Origin: Eledone cirrhosa
Lineage: Eukaryota
Assembly (NCBI GenBank): GCA_964016885.1
Contig: OZ024743.1
Coordinates: 100,626,001-100,690,000 of the forward strand
Reading direction: 5' to 3'
Length of the DNA: 64,000 nt
Shown in pieces: positions 1 to 15,000 of the stretch. The position numbers and the translations under genes were made by a program. A model generated the notes under the pieces. The model ran no database searches. It saw nothing but the letters and a program-made list of their open reading frames with translations, and was not told the DNA's origin. The stretch's first letter is position 1. Each line of letters starts with the position of its first letter.

Positions 1-3000
1 CTCTGTGGCCGGGTGCCCTTCCTAACACCAGCCACTTTACTGTACTGGTAGCTTGGGTTCTGTGGCTGGGTGCCCTTCCTAACACCAGTCACTTCACTGT
101 ACTGGTAGCTTGAGTTCTGTGGCTTAGTGCCCTTCGTAACACCAGCCACTTCACTGTACTGGTAGCTTGTGTTCTGTGGCTTGGTGCCCTTCCTAACACC
201 AGCCACTTCACTGTACTGGTAGCTTGGGTTCTGTGGCTTGGTGCCCTTCCTAACACCAGCCAATTTACTGTACTGGTAGCTTGGGTTCTGTGGCCGGGTG
301 CCCTTCCTAACACCAGCCACTTTACTGTACTGGTAGCTTGGGTTCTGTGGCTGGGTGCCCTTCCTAACACCAGTCACTTCACTGTACTGGTAGCTTGAGT
401 TCTGTGGCTTAGTGCCCTTCCTAACACCAGCCACTTCACTGTACTGGTAGCTTGGGTTCTGTGGCTTGGTGCTTTTCCTAACACCAGCCACTTCACTGTA
501 CTGGTAGCTTGGGTTCTGTGGCTTGGTGCCCTTTCTAACATCAGCCACTTCACTGTACTGGTAGCTTGGGTTCTGTGGCTTGGTGCCCTTCCTAACACCA
601 GCCACTTCATTGTACTGGTAGCTTGGGTTCTGTGGCTTGGTGCTTTTCCTAACACCAGCCACTTCACTGTACTGGTAGCTTGGGTTCTGTGGCTTGGTGC
701 CCTTCCTAACACCAGACACTTCATTATACTGGTAGCTTGGGTTCTGTGGCCGTGTGCCCTTCCTAACGTCAGCCAGTTTACCGTACAGGTAGCTTGGGTT
801 CTGTGGCCGGGTGCCCTTCCTAACACCAGACACTTCATTGTAATGGTAGCTTGGGTTCTGTGGCTTGGTGCCCTTCCTAACACCAGCCAATTTACTGTAC
901 TGGTAGCTTGGGTTCTGTGGCTGGGTGACCTTCCTAACACCAGCCACTTTACTGTACTGTTTGCTTGGGTTCTGTGGCCGGGTGCCCCTCCTAACACCAG
1001 CCACTTTACTGTACTGGTAGCTTGGGTTCTGTGGCCTGGTGCCCTTCTTAACACCAGCCACTTCACTGTACTGGTAGCTTGGGTTCTGTTGCCGGGTGCG
1101 CTTCCTAACACCACCCACTTCACTGTACTGGTAGCTTGGGTTCTGTGGCTTGGTGCCCTTCCTATCCCCAGCCACTTCACTGTACTGCTAGCTACGGTTC
1201 TGTGGCCGGGTGCCCTTCCTAACCCCAGCCACTTCACTGTACTGATAGCTCGGGTTCTGTGGCCGGGTGCCCTTCCTAAACCCAGCCACTTCAATGTACT
1301 GATAGCTTGGGTTCTGTGGCTTGGTGCCCTTCCTAACACCAGCCACTTTACTGTACTGGTAGCTTGGTTTCTGTGGCCGGGTGCCCTTCCTAACACCAGG
1401 CACTTTACTGTACTGGTAGCTTGGCTTCTGCGACCGGGTGCCCTTCCTAACACCAGCCACTTTACTGTACTGGTAGCTTGGGTTCTGTGGCTTGGTGCCC
1501 TTCCTAACACCAGCCACTTTCCTGTACTGATATCTTGGGTTCTGTGGCTTGGTGCCCTTCCTAACATCAGCCACTTCATTGTACTGGTAGCTTGGGTTCT
1601 GTGGCTTGGTGCCCTTCCTAACACCAGCCACTTCACTGTACTGGTAGCTTGGGTTCTGTGGCTTGGTGCCCTTCCTAAAACCGGCCATTTCATTGTACTG
1701 GTAGCTTGGGTTCTGTGGTCGTGTGCCATTCCTAACGTCAGCCACTTTACTGTACTGGTAGCTTGGGTTCTGTGGCCGGGTGCCCTTCCTAACACCAGAC
1801 ACTTCATTGTACTGGTAGCTTGGGTTCTGTGGCTTGGTACCCTTCCTAACACCAGCCACTTTACTGTACTGGTAGCTTGGGTTCTGTGGCCGGGTACCCT
1901 TCCTAACACCAGCCACTTCACTGTACTTGTAGCTTGCGTTCTGTGGCTTGGTGTCCTTCCTAATCTCAGCCACTTTACTGTACTGTTAGCTTGGGTTCTG
2001 TGGCTGGGTGACCTTCCTAACACCAGCCACTTTACTGTACTGGTAGCTTGGCTTCTGTGGCTGGGTGACCTTCCTAAACCAGCCACTTTACTGTACTGTT
2101 AGCTTGGGTTCTGTGGCCGGGTGCCCCTCCTAACACCAGCCACTTTACTGTACTGGTAGCTTGGGTTCAGTGGCCGGGTGCCCTTCTTAACACCAGCTAC
2201 TTCATTGTACTGGTAGCTTGGGTTCTGTGGCCGGGTGCCCTTCCTAACACCAGCCACTTTACTGTACTGGTAGCTTGGGTTTTGTGGCCGGGTGCGCTTC
2301 CTAACACCAGCCACTTCACTACTGGTAGCTTGGGTTCTGTGGCTTGGTGTCCTTCCTAATCTCAGCCACTTTACTGTACTGGTAGCTTGGCTTCTGTGGC
2401 TGGGTGACCTTCCTAACACCAGCCACTTTACTGTACTGTTAGCTTGGGTTCTGTGGCCGGGTGCCCCTCCTAACACCAGCCACTTTACTGTACTGGTAGC
2501 TTGGGTTCTGTGGCCTGGTGCCCATCCCAACACCAGCCACTTCATTCTACTGGTAGCTTGGGTTCTGTGGCTGGTTGACTCTCCTAACACCAGCCACTTT
2601 ACTGTACTGGTAGCTTGGGTTCTGTGGCCGGGTTGCCTTCCTAACACCAGCCACTTTACTGTACTGGTAGCTTGGGTTCTGTGGCCGGGTGCCCTTCTTA
2701 ACACCAGCCACTTCACTGTACTGGTAGCTTGGGTTCTGTGGCTTGGTGCCCTTTCTAACATCAGCCACTTCACTGTACTGGTAGCTTGGGTTCTGTGGCT
2801 TGGTGCCCTTCCTAGCACCAGCCACTTCACTGTACTGGTAGCTTGGGTTCTGTGTCTTGGTGCCCTTCCTAACACCAGCCACTTCATTGTACTGGTAGCT
2901 TGAGCTCTGTGGCTTGGTGCCCTTCCTAACACCAGCCACTTTACTGTACTGGTAGCTTGGGTTCTGTGGCCGGGTGCCCTTCTTAACACCAGCCACTTCA

Positions 3001-6000
3001 CTGTACTGGTAGCTTGGGTTCTGTGGCTTGGTGCCCTTTCTAATATCAGCCACTTCACTGTACTGGTATCTTGGGTTCTGTGGCTTGGTGCCCTTACTAA
3101 CACCAGCCACTTCACTGTACTGGTAGCTTGGGTTCTGTGTATTGGTGCCCTTCCTAACACCAGCCACTTCATTGTACTGGTAGCTTGAGCTCTGTGGCCG
3201 GGTGCCCTTCCTAACACCAGCCACTTTACTGTACTGGTAGCTTGGGTTCTGTGGCCGGGTGCCCTCTTAACACCAGCCACTTCACTGTACTGGTAGCTTG
3301 GGTTTTGTGGCCGGGTGCCCTTCCTAACACCAGCCACTTTACTGTACTGGTAGCTTGGGTTCTGTGGCTGGGTGCCCTTCCTAACACCAGTCACTTCACT
3401 GTACTGGTAGCTTGGGTTCTGTGGCCGGGTGCCCTTCCTAACACCAGCCACTTCACTGTACTGGTAGCTTGGGTTCTGTGGCTGGGTGCCCTTCCTAACA
3501 CCAGTCACTTCACTGTACTGGTAGCTTGAGTTCTGTGGCTTAGTGCCCTTCGTAACACCAGCCACTTCACTGTACTGGTAGCTTGTGTTCTGTGGCTTGG
3601 TGCCCTTCCTAACACCAGCCACTTCACTGTACTGGTAGCTTGGGTTCTGTGGCTTGGTGCTTTTCCTAACACCAGCCACTTCACTGTACTGGTAGCTTGG
3701 GTTCTGTGGCTTGGTGCCCTTTCTAACATCAGCCACTTCACTGTACTGGTAGCTTCGGTTCTGTGGCTTGGTGCCCTTCCTAACACCAGCCACTTCACTG
3801 TACTGGTAGCTTGGGTTCTGTGTCTTGGTGCCCTTCCTAACACCAGCCACTTCATTGTACTGGTAGCTTGAGCTCTGTGGCCGGGTGCCCTTCCTAACAC
3901 CAGCCACTTTACTGTACTGGTAGCTTGGGTTCTGTGGCTTGGTGCCCTTCCTAACACCAGCCACTTCACTGTACTGGTAGCTTGGGTTCTGTGTATTGGT
4001 GCCCTTCCTAACACCAGCCACTTCATTGTACTGGTAGCTTGAGCTCTGTGGCCGGGTGCCCTTCCTAACACCAGCCACTTTACTGTACTGGTAGCTTGGG
4101 TTCTGTGGCCGGGTGCCCTCTTAACACCAGCCACTTCACTGTACTGGTAGCTTGGGTTTTGTGGCCGGGTGCCCTTCCTAACACCAGCCACTTTACTGTA
4201 CTGGTAGCTTGGGTTCTGTAGCTGGGTGCCCTTCCTAACACCAGTCACTTCACTGTACTGGTAGCTTGGGTTCTGTGGCCGGGTGCCCTTCCTAACACCA
4301 GCCACTTCACTGTACTGGTAGCTTGGGTTCTGTGGCTGGGTGCCCTTCCTAACACCAGTCACTTCACTGTACTGGTAGCTTGAGTTCTGTGGCTTAGTGC
4401 CCTTCGTAACACCAGCCACTTCACTGTACTGGTAGCTTGTGTTCTGTGGCTTGGTGCCCTTCCTAACACCAGCCACTTCACTGTACTGGTAGCTTGGGTT
4501 CTGTGGCTTGGTGCTTTTCCTAACACCAGCCACTTCACTGTACTGGTAGCTTGGGTTCTGTGGCTTGGTGCCCTTTCTAACATCAGCCACTTCACTGTAC
4601 TGGTAGCTTGGGTTCTGTGGCTTGGTGCCCTTCCTAACACCAGCCACTTCACTGTACTGGTAGCTTGGGTTCTGTGTCTTGGTGCCCTTCCTAACACCAG
4701 CCACTTCATTGTACTGGTAGCTTGAGCTCTGTGGCCGGGTGCCCTTCCTAACACCAGCCACTTTACTGTACTGGTAGCTTGGGTTCTGTGGCTTGGTGCC
4801 CTTCCTAACACCAGCCACTTCACTGTACTGGTAGCTTGGGTTCTGTGTCTTGGTGCCCTTCCTAACACCAGCCACTTCATTGTACTGGTAGCTTGAGCTC
4901 TGTGGCCGGGTGCCCTCTTAACACCAGCCACTTTACTGTACTGGTAGCTTGGGTTCTGTGACCGGGTGCCCTTCTTAACACCAGCAACTTCATTGTACTG
5001 GTAGCTTGGGTTCTGTGGCCGGGTGCCCTTCCTAACACCAGCCACTTCACTGTACTGGTAGCTTGGGTTCTGTGGCTTGGTGCTTTTCCTAACACCAGCC
5101 ACTTCACTGTACTGGTAGCTTGGCTTCTGCGACCGGGAGCCCTTCCTAACACCAGCCACTTTACTGTACTGGTAGCTTGGGTTCTGTTACTTGGTGCCCT
5201 TCCTAACACCAGCCACTTTACTGTACTGATATCTTGGGTTCTGTGGCTTGGTGCCCTTCCTAACATCAGCCACTTCATTGTACTGGTAGCTTGGGTTCTG
5301 TGGCTTGGTGCCCTTCCTAACACCAGCACTTCACTGTACTGGTATCTTGGGTTCTGTGGTCGTGTGCCATTCCTAACGTCAGCCACTTTACTGTACTGGT
5401 AGCTTGGGTTCTGTGGCCGGGTGCCCTTCCTAACACCAGACACTTCATTGTACTGGTAGCTTGGGTTCTGTGGCTTGGTACCCTTCCTAACACCAGCCAC
5501 TTTACTGTACTGGTAGCTTGGGTTCTGTGGCTTGGTGTCCTTCCTAATCTCAGCCACTTTACTGTACTGTTAGCTTGGGTTCTGTGGCTGGGTGACCTTC
5601 CTAACACCAGCCACTTTACTGTACTGGTAGCTTGGCTTCTGTGGCTGGGTGACCTTCCTAACACCAGCCACTTTACTGTACTGTTAGCTTGGGTTCTGTG
5701 GCCGGGTGCCCCTCCTAACACCAGCCACTTTACTGTACTGGTAGCTTGGGTTCAGTGGCCGGGTGCCCTTCTTAACACCAGCTACTTCATTGTACTGGTA
5801 GCTTGGGTTCTGTGGCCGGGTGCCCTTCCTAACACCAGCCACTTTACTGTACTGGTAGCTTGGGTTTTGTGGCCGGGTGCCCTTCCTAACACCAGCCACT
5901 TCACTACTGGTAGCTTGGGTTCTGTGGCTTGGTGTCCTTCCTAATCTCAGCCACTTTACTGTACTGGTAGCTTGGGTTCTGTGGCTGGGTGACCTTCCTA

Positions 6001-9000
6001 ACACCAGCCACTTTACTGTACTGTTAGCTTGGGTTCTGTGGCCGGGTGCCCCTCCTAACACCAGCCACTTTACTGTACTGGTAGCTTGGGTTCTGTGGCC
6101 TGGTGCCCATCCCAACACCAGCCACTTCATTCTACTGGTAGCTTGGGTTCTGTGGCCGGGTGCCCCTCCTAACACCAGCCACTTTACTGTACTGGTAGCT
6201 TGGGTTCTGTGGCCGGGTTGCCTTCCTAACACCAGCCACTTTACTGTACTGGTAGCTTGGGTTCTGTGGCCGGGTGCCCTTCTTAACACCAGCCACTTCA
6301 CTGTACTGGTAGCTTGGGTTCTGTGGCTTGGTGCCCTTTCTAACATCAGCCACTTCACTGTACTGGTAGCTTGGGTTCTGTGGCTTGGTGCCCTTCCTAA
6401 CACCAGCCACTTCACTGTACTGGTAGCTTGGGTTCTGTGTCTTGGTGCCCTTCCTAACACCAGCCACTTCACTACTGGTAGCTTGGGTCCTGTGGCCGGG
6501 TGCCCTTCTTAACACCAGCGACTTTACTGTACTGATAGCTTGGGTTCTGTGGCCGGGTGCCCTTCCTAACCCCGCCACTTCCCTATACTGATAGCTTGGG
6601 TTCTGTGGCTTGGTGCCCTTCCTAACACCAGCCACTTTCCTGTACTGATATCTTCGGTTCTGTGGCTTGGTGCCCTTCCTAACACCAGCCACTTTACTGT
6701 AGTGGTAGCTTGGGTTCTGTGGGTTGGTGTCCTTCCTAATCTCAGCCACTTTACTGTACTGGTAGCTTGGGTTCTGTGGCTGGGTGCCCTTCCTAACACA
6801 AGCCACTTTACTGTACTGGTAGCTTGGGTTCTGTGGCCGGGTGCCCTTCTTAACACCAGCCACTTCATTGTACTGGTAGCTTGGGTTCTGTGGCCGGGTG
6901 CCCTTCCTAACCCCAGCCACTTCACTGTACTGATAGCTCGGGTTCTGTGGCCGGGTGCCCTTCCTAAACCCAGCCACTTCAATGTACTGTTAGCTTGGGT
7001 TCTGTGGCCGGGTGCCCTTCCTAACCCTCGCCACTTCACTGTACTGATAGCTTGGGTTCTGTGGCTTGGTGCCCTTCCTAACACCAGCCACTTTACTGTA
7101 CTGGTACCTTGGGTTCTCTGGCCGGGTGCCCTTCCTAACACCAGGCACGTTACTGTACTGGTAGCTTGGGTTCTGTTACTTGGTGCCCTTCCTAACCCCA
7201 GCCACTTTACTGTACTGGTAGCTTGGGTTCTGTTACTTGGTGCCCTTCCTAACACCAGCCACTTCACTGTACTGGTAACTTGGGTTCTGTGGCTTGGTGC
7301 CCTTCCTAACACCAGCCACTTCACTGTACTGGTAGCTTGGGTTCTGTGGCTTGGTGCCCTTCCTAACACCAGCCACTTCACTGTACTGGTAACTTGGGTT
7401 CTGTGGCTTGGTGCCCTTCCTAAAACCGGCCATTTCATTGTACTGGTAGCTTGGGTTCTGTGGTCGTGTGCCATTTCTAACGTCAGCCACTTTACTGTAC
7501 TGGTAGCTTGGGTTCTGTGGCCGGGTGCCCTTCCTAACACCAGCCACTTCACTGTACTGATCGCTTGGGTTCTGTGGCTTGGTGCCCTTCCTAACACCAG
7601 CCACTTTACTGTACTGGTAGCTTGGTTTCTGTGGCCGTGTGCCCTTCCTAACACCAGCCACTTTACTGTACTGTTAGCTTGGGTTCTGTGGCTGGGTGCC
7701 CTTCCTAACACCAGCCACTTTACTGTACTGGTAGCGTGGGTTTTGTGGCCGGGTGCCCTTCCTAACACCAGCCACTTCACTACTGGTAGCTTGGGTTCTG
7801 TGGCTTGGTGTCCTTCCTAATCTCAGCCACTTTACTGTACTGGTAGCTTGGGTTCTGTTACTTGGTGCCCTTCCTAACACCAGCCACTTTACTGTACTGT
7901 TAGCTTGGGTTCTGTGGCCGGGTGCCCCTCCTAACACCAGCCACTTTACTGTACTGGTAGCTTGGGTTCTGTGGCCTGGTGCCCATCCCAACACCAGCCA
8001 CTTCATTCTACTGGTAGCTTGGGTTCTGTGGCCGGGTGCCCCTCCTAACACCAGCCACTTTACTGTACTGGTAGCTTGGGTTCTGTGGCCGGGTTGCCTT
8101 CCTAACACCAGCCACTTTACTGTACTGGTAGCTTGGGTTCTGTGGCCGGGTGCCCTTCTTAACACCAGCCACTTCACTGTACTGGTAGCTTGGGTTCTGT
8201 GGCTTGGTGCCCTTTCTAACATCAGCCACTTCACTGTACTGGTAGCTTGGGTTCTGTGGCTTGGTGCCCTTCCTAACACCAGCCACTTCACTGTACTGGT
8301 AGCTTGGGTTCTGTGTCTTGGTGCCCTTCCTAACACCAGCCACTTCACTACTGGTAGCTTGGGTCCTGTGGCCGGGTGCCCTTCTTAACACCAGCGACTT
8401 TACTGTACTGATAGCTTGGGTTCTGTGGCCGGGTGCCCTTCCTAACCCCGCCACTTCCCTATACTGATAGCTTGGGTTCTGTGGCTTGGTGCCCTTCCTA
8501 ACACCAGCCACTTTCCTGTACTGATATCTTCGGTTCTGTGGCTTGGTGCCCTTCCTAACACCAGCCACTTTACTGTAGTGGTAGCTTGGGTTCTGTGGGT
8601 TGGTGTCCTTCCTAATCTCAGCCACTTTACTGTACTGGTAGCTTGGGTTCTGTGGCTGGGTGCCCTTCCTAACACCAGCCACTTTACTGTACTGGTAGCT
8701 TGGGTTCTGTGGCCGGGTGCCCTTCTTAACACCAGCCACTTCATTGTACTGGTAGCTTGGGTTCTGTGGCCGGGTGCCCTTCCTAACCCCAGCCACTTCA
8801 CTGTACTGATAGCTCGGGTTCTGTGGCCGGGTGCCCTTCCTAAACCCAGCCACTTCAATGTACTGATAGCTTGGGTTCTGTGGCCGGGTGCCCTTCCTAA
8901 CCCTCGCCACTTCACTGTACTGATAGCTTGGGTTCTGTGGCTTGGTGCCCTTCCTAACACCAGCCACTTTACTGTACTGGTACCTTGGGTTCTCTGGCCG

Positions 9001-12000
9001 GGTGCCCTTCCTAACACCAGGCACGTTACTGTACTGGTAGCTTGGGTTCTGTTACTTGGTGCCCTTCCTAACCCCAGCCACTTTACTGTACTGGTAGCTT
9101 GGGTTCTGTTACTTGGTGCCCTTCCTAACACCAGCCACTTCACTGTACTGGTAACTTGGGTTCTGTGGCTTGGTGCCCTTCCTAACACCAGCCACTTCAC
9201 TGTACTGGTAGCTTGGGTTCTGTGGCTTGGTGCCCTTCCTAACACCAGCCACTTCACTGTACTGGTAACTTGGGTTCTGTGGCTTGGTGCCCTTCCTAAA
9301 ACCGGCCATTTCATTGTACTGGTAGCTTGGGTTCTGTGGTCGTGTGCCATTTCTAACGTCAGCCACTTTACTGTACTGGTAGCTTGGGTTCTGTGGCCGG
9401 GTGCCCTTCCTAACACCAGCCACTTCACTGTACTGATCGCTTGGGTTCTGTGGCTTGGTGCCCTTCCTAACACCAGCCACTTTACTGTACTGGTAGCTTG
9501 GTTTCTGTGGCCGTGTGCCCTTCCTAACACCAGCCACTTTACTGTACTGTTAGCTTGGGTTCTGTGGCTGGGTGCCCTTCCTAACACCAGCCACTTTACT
9601 GTACTGGTAGCTTGGGTTTTGTGGCCGGGTGCCCTTGCTAACACCAGCCACTTCACTACTGGTAGCTTGGGTTCTGTGGCTTGGTGTCCTTCCTAATCTC
9701 AGCCACTTTACTGTACTGGTAGCTTGGGTTCTGTTACTTGGTGCCCTTCCTAACACCAGCCACTTTACTGTACTGTTAGCTTGGGTTCTGTGGCCGGGTG
9801 CCCCTCCTAACACCAGCCACTTTACTGTACTGGTAGCTTGGGTTCTGTGGCCTGGTGCCCATCCCAACACCAGCCACTTCATTCTACTGGTAGCTTGGGT
9901 TCTGTGGCTGGGTGACTCTCCTAACACCAGCCACTTTACTGTACTGGTAGCTTGGGTTCTGTGGCCGGGTTGCCTTCCTAACACCAGCCACTTTACTGTA
10001 CTGTTAGCTTGGGTTCTGTGGCCGGGTTGCCTTCCTAACACCAGCCACTTTACTGTACTGTTAGCTTGGGTTCTGTGGCCGGGTGCCCTTCCTAACACCA
10101 GACACTTCATTGTACTGGTAGCTTGGGTTCTGTGGCTTGGTGCCCTTCCTAACACCAGCCACTTTACTGTACTGGTAGCTTGGGTTCTGTGGCCGGGTGC
10201 CCTTCCTAACACCAGGCACTTTACTGTACTGGTAGCTTGGCTTCTGCGACCGGGTGCCCTTCCTAACACCAGCCACTTTACTGTACTGGTAGCTTGGGTT
10301 CTGTTACTTGGTGCCCTTCCTAACACCAGCCACTTTACTGTACTGATATCTTGGGTTCTGTGGCTTGGTGCCCTTCCTAACATCAGCCACTTCATTGTAC
10401 TGGTAGCTTGGGTTCTGTGGCTTGGTGCCCTTCCTAACACCAGCACTTCACTGTACTGGTATCTTGGGTTCTGTGGTCGTGTGCCATTCCTAACGTCAGC
10501 CACTTTACTGTACTGGTAGCTTGGGTTCTGTGGCCGGGTGCCCTTCCTAACACCAGACACTTCATTGTACTGGTAGCTTGGGTTCTGTGGCTTGGTACCC
10601 TTCCTAACACCAGCCACTTTACTGTACTGTTAGCTTGGGTTCTGTGGCTGGGTGACCTTCCTAACACCAGCCACTTTACTGTACTGGTAGCTTGGCTTCT
10701 GTGGCTGGGTGACCTTCCTAACACCAGCCACTTTACTGTACTGTTAGCTTGGGTTCTGTGGCCGGGTGCCCCTCCTAACACCAGCCACTTTACTGTACTG
10801 GTAGCTTGGGTTCAGTGGCCGGGTGCCCTTCTTAACACCAGCTACTTCATTGTACTGGTAGCTTGGGTTCTGTGGCCGGGTGCCCTTCCTAACACCAGCC
10901 ACTTTACTGTACTGGTAGCTTGGGTTTTGCGGCCGGGTGCCCTTCCTAACACCAGCCACTTCACGACTGGTAGCTTGGGTTCTGTGGCTTGGTGTCCTTC
11001 CTAATCTCAGCCACTTTACTGTACTGGTAGCTTGGCATCTGTGGCTGGGTGACCTTCCTAACACCAGCCACTTTACTGTACTGTTAGCTTGGGTTCTGTG
11101 GCCGGGTGCCCCTCCTAACACCAGCCACTTTACTGTACTGGTAGCTTGGGTTCTGTGGCCTGGTGCCCATCCCAACACCAGCCACTTCATTCTACTGGTA
11201 GCTTGGGTTCTGTGGCCGGGTGCCCCTCCTAACACCAGCCACTTTACTGTACTGGTAGCTTGGGTTCTGTGGCCGGGTTGCCTTCCTAACACCAGCCACT
11301 TTACTGTACTGGTAGCTTGGGTTCTGTGGCCGGGTGCCCTTCTTAACACCAGCCACTTCACTGTACTGGTAGCTTGGGTTCTGTGGCTTGGTGCCCTTTC
11401 TAACATCAGCCACTTCACTGTACTGGTAGCTTGGGTTCTGTGGCTTGGTGCCCTTCCTAACACCAGCCACTTCACTGTACTGGTAGCTTGGGTTCTGTGT
11501 CTTGGTGCCCTTCCTAACACCAGCCACTTCACTACTGGTAGCTTGGGTCCTGTGGCCGGGTGCCCTTCTTAACACCAGCCACTTTACTGTACTGGTAGCT
11601 TGGGTTCTGTGGCCGGGTGCCCTTCCTAACATCAGCCACTTCACTGTACTGGTAGCTTGGGTTCTTTGGCCGGGTGCCCTTCCTAACACCAGCCACTTTA
11701 CTGTACTGATAGCTTGGGTTCTGTGGCCGGGTGCCCTTCCTAACACCAGCCACTTTACTGTACTGGTAGCTTGGGTTCTGTGGCCGAGCGCCCTTCCTAA
11801 CACCAGCCACTTTACTGTACTGGTAGCTTGGGTTCTGTGGGTTGGTGTCCTTCCTAATCTCAGCCACTTTACTGTACTGGGAGCTTGGTTTCTGTGGCTT
11901 GGTGCCCTTCCTAACACCAGCCACTTCATTGTACTGGTAGCTTGGGTTCTGTGGCTGGGTGCCCTTCCTAACACCAGCCACTTTACTGTACTGGTAGCTT

Positions 12001-15000
12001 GGGTTCTGTGGCCGGGTGCCCTTCTTAACACCAGCCACTTCATTGTACTGGTAGCTTGGGTTCTGTTGCCGGGTGCGCTTCCTAACACCAGCCACTTCAC
12101 TGTACTGGTAGCTTGGGTTCTGTGGCTTGGTGCCCTTCCTAACCCCAGCCACTTCACAGTACTGCTAGTTACGGTTCTGTGGCCGGGTGCCCTTCCTAAC
12201 CCCAGCCACTTCACTGTACTGATAGCTCGGGTTCTGTGGCCGGGTGCCCTTCCTAAACCCAGCCACTTCAATGTACTGATAGCTTGGGTTCTGTGGCCGG
12301 GTGCCCTTCCTAACCCTCGCCACTTCACTGTACTGATAGCTTGGGTTCTGTGGCTTGGTGCCCTTCCTAACACCAGGCACGTTACTGTACTGGTAGCTTG
12401 ACTTCTGCGACCGGGTGCCCTTCCTAACACCAGCCACTTCACTACTGGTAGCTTGGGTTCTGTGGCTTGGTGTCCTTCCTAATCTCAGCCACTTTACTGT
12501 ACTGGTAGCTTGGGTTCTGTTACTTGGTGCCCTTCCTAACACCAGCCACTTTACTGTACTGTTAGCTTGGGTTCTGTGGCCGGGTGCCCCTCCTAACACC
12601 AGCCACTTTACTGTACTGGTAGCTTGGGTTCTGTGGCCTGGTGCCCATCCCAACACCAGCCACTTCATTCTACTGGTAGCTTGGGTTCTGTGGCTCAGTG
12701 CCCATCCTAACACCAGCCACTTTACTGTACTGGTAGCTTGGGTTCTGTGGCCGGGTTGCCTTCCTAACACCAGCCACTTTACTGTACTGTTAGCTTGGGT
12801 TCTGTGGCCGGGTTGCCTTCCTAACACCAGCCACTTTACTGTACTGTTAGCTTGGGTTCTGTGGCCGGGTGCCCTTCCTAACACCAGACACTTCATTGTA
12901 CTGGTAGCTTGGGTTCTGTGGCTTGGTGCCCTTCCTAACACCAGCCACTTTACTGTACTGGTAGCTTGGGTTCTGTGGCCGGGTGCCCTTCCTAACACCA
13001 GGCACTTTACTGTACTGGTAGCTTGGCTTCTGCGACCGGGTGCCCTTCCTAACACCAGCCACTTTACTGTAATGGTAGCTTGGGTTCTGTTACTTGGTGC
13101 CCTTCCTAACACCAGCCACTTTACTGTACTGATATCTTGGGTTCTGTGGCTTGGTGCCCTTCCTAACATCAGCCACTTCATTGTACTGGTAGCTTGGGTT
13201 CTGTGGCTTGGTGCCCTTCCTAACACCAGCACTTCACTGTACTGGTATCTTGGGTTCTGTGGTCGTGTGCCATTCCTAACGTCAGCCACTTTACTGTACT
13301 GGTAGCTTGGGTTCTGTGGCCGGGTGCCCTTCCTAACACCAGACACTTCATTGTACTGGTAGCTTGGGTTCTGTGGCTTGGTACCCTTCCTAACACCAGC
13401 CACTTTACTGTACTGTTAGCTTGGGTTCTGTGGCTGGGTGACCTTCCTAACACCAGCCACTTTACTGTACTGGTAGCTTGGCTTCTGTGGCTGGGTGACC
13501 TTCCTAACACCAGCCACTTTACTGTACTGTTAGCTTGGGTTCTGTGGCTGGGTGCCCCTCCTAACACCAGCCACTTTACTGTACTGGTAGCTTGGGTTCA
13601 GTGGCCGGGTGCCCTTCTTAACACCAGCTACTTCATTGTACTGGTAGCTTGGGTTCTGTGGCCGGGTGCCCTTCCTAACACCAGCCACTTTACTGTACTG
13701 GTAGCTTGGGTTTTGTGGCCGGGTGCCCTTCCTAACACCAGCCACTTCACGACTGGTAGCTTGGGTTCTGTGGCTTGGTGTCCTTCCTAATCTCAGCCAC
13801 TTTACTGTACTGGTAACTTGGCATCTGTGGCTGGGTGACCTTCCTAACACCAGCCACTTTACTGTACTGTTAGCTTGGGTTCTGTCGCCGGGTGCCCCTC
13901 CTAACACCAGCCACTTTACTGTACTGGTAGCTTGGGTTCTGTGGCCTGGTGCCCATCCCAACACCAGCCACTTCATTCTACTGGTAGCTTGGGTTCTGTG
14001 GCCGGGTGCCCCTCCTAACACCAGCCACTTTACTGTACTGGTAGCTTGGGTTCTGTGGCTTGGTGCCCTTTCTAACATCAGCCACTTCACTGTACTGGTA
14101 GCTTGGGTTCTGTGGCTTGGTGCCCTTCCTAACACCAGCCACTTCACTGTACTGGTAGCTTGGGTTCTGTGTCTTGGTGCCCTTCCTAACACCAGCCACT
14201 TCACTACTGGTAGCTTGGGTCCTGTGGCCGGGTGCCCTTCTTAACACCAGCCACTTTACTGTACTGGTAGCTTGGGTTCTGTGGCCGGGTGCCCTTCCTA
14301 ACATCAGCCACTTCACTGTACTGGTAGCTTGGGTTCTGTGGCCGGGTGCCCTTCTTAACACCAGCCACTTTACTGTACTGATAGCTTGGGTTCTGTGGCC
14401 GGGTGCCCTTCCTAACACCAGCCACTTTACTGTACTGGTAGCTTGGGTTCTGTGGCCGAGTGCCCTTCCTAACACCAGCCACTTTACTGTACTGGTAGCT
14501 TGGGTTCTGTGGGTTGGTGTCCTTCCTAATCTCAGCCACTTTACTGTACTGGGAGCTTGGTTTCTGTGGCTTGGTGCCCTTCCTAACACCAGCCACTTCA
14601 TTGTACTGGTAGCTTGGGTTCTGTGGCTGGGTGCCCTTCCTAACACCAGCCACTTTACTGTACTGGTAGCTTGGGTTCTGTGGCCGGGTGCCCTTCTTAA
14701 CACCAGCCACTTCATTGTACTGGTAGCTTGGGTTCTGTTGCCGGGTGCGCTTCCTAACACCAGCCACTTCACTGTACTGGTAGCTTGGGTTCTGTGGCTT
14801 GGTGCCCTTCCTAACCCCAGCCACTTCACAGTACTGCTAGTTACGGTTCGGTGGCCGGGTGCCCTTCCTGACCCCAGCCACTTCACTGTACTGATAGCTC
14901 GGGTTCTGTGGCCGGGTGCCCTTCCTAAACCCAGCCACTTCAATGTACTGATAGCTTGGGTTCTGTGGCCGGGTGCCCTTCCTAACCCTCGCCACTTCAC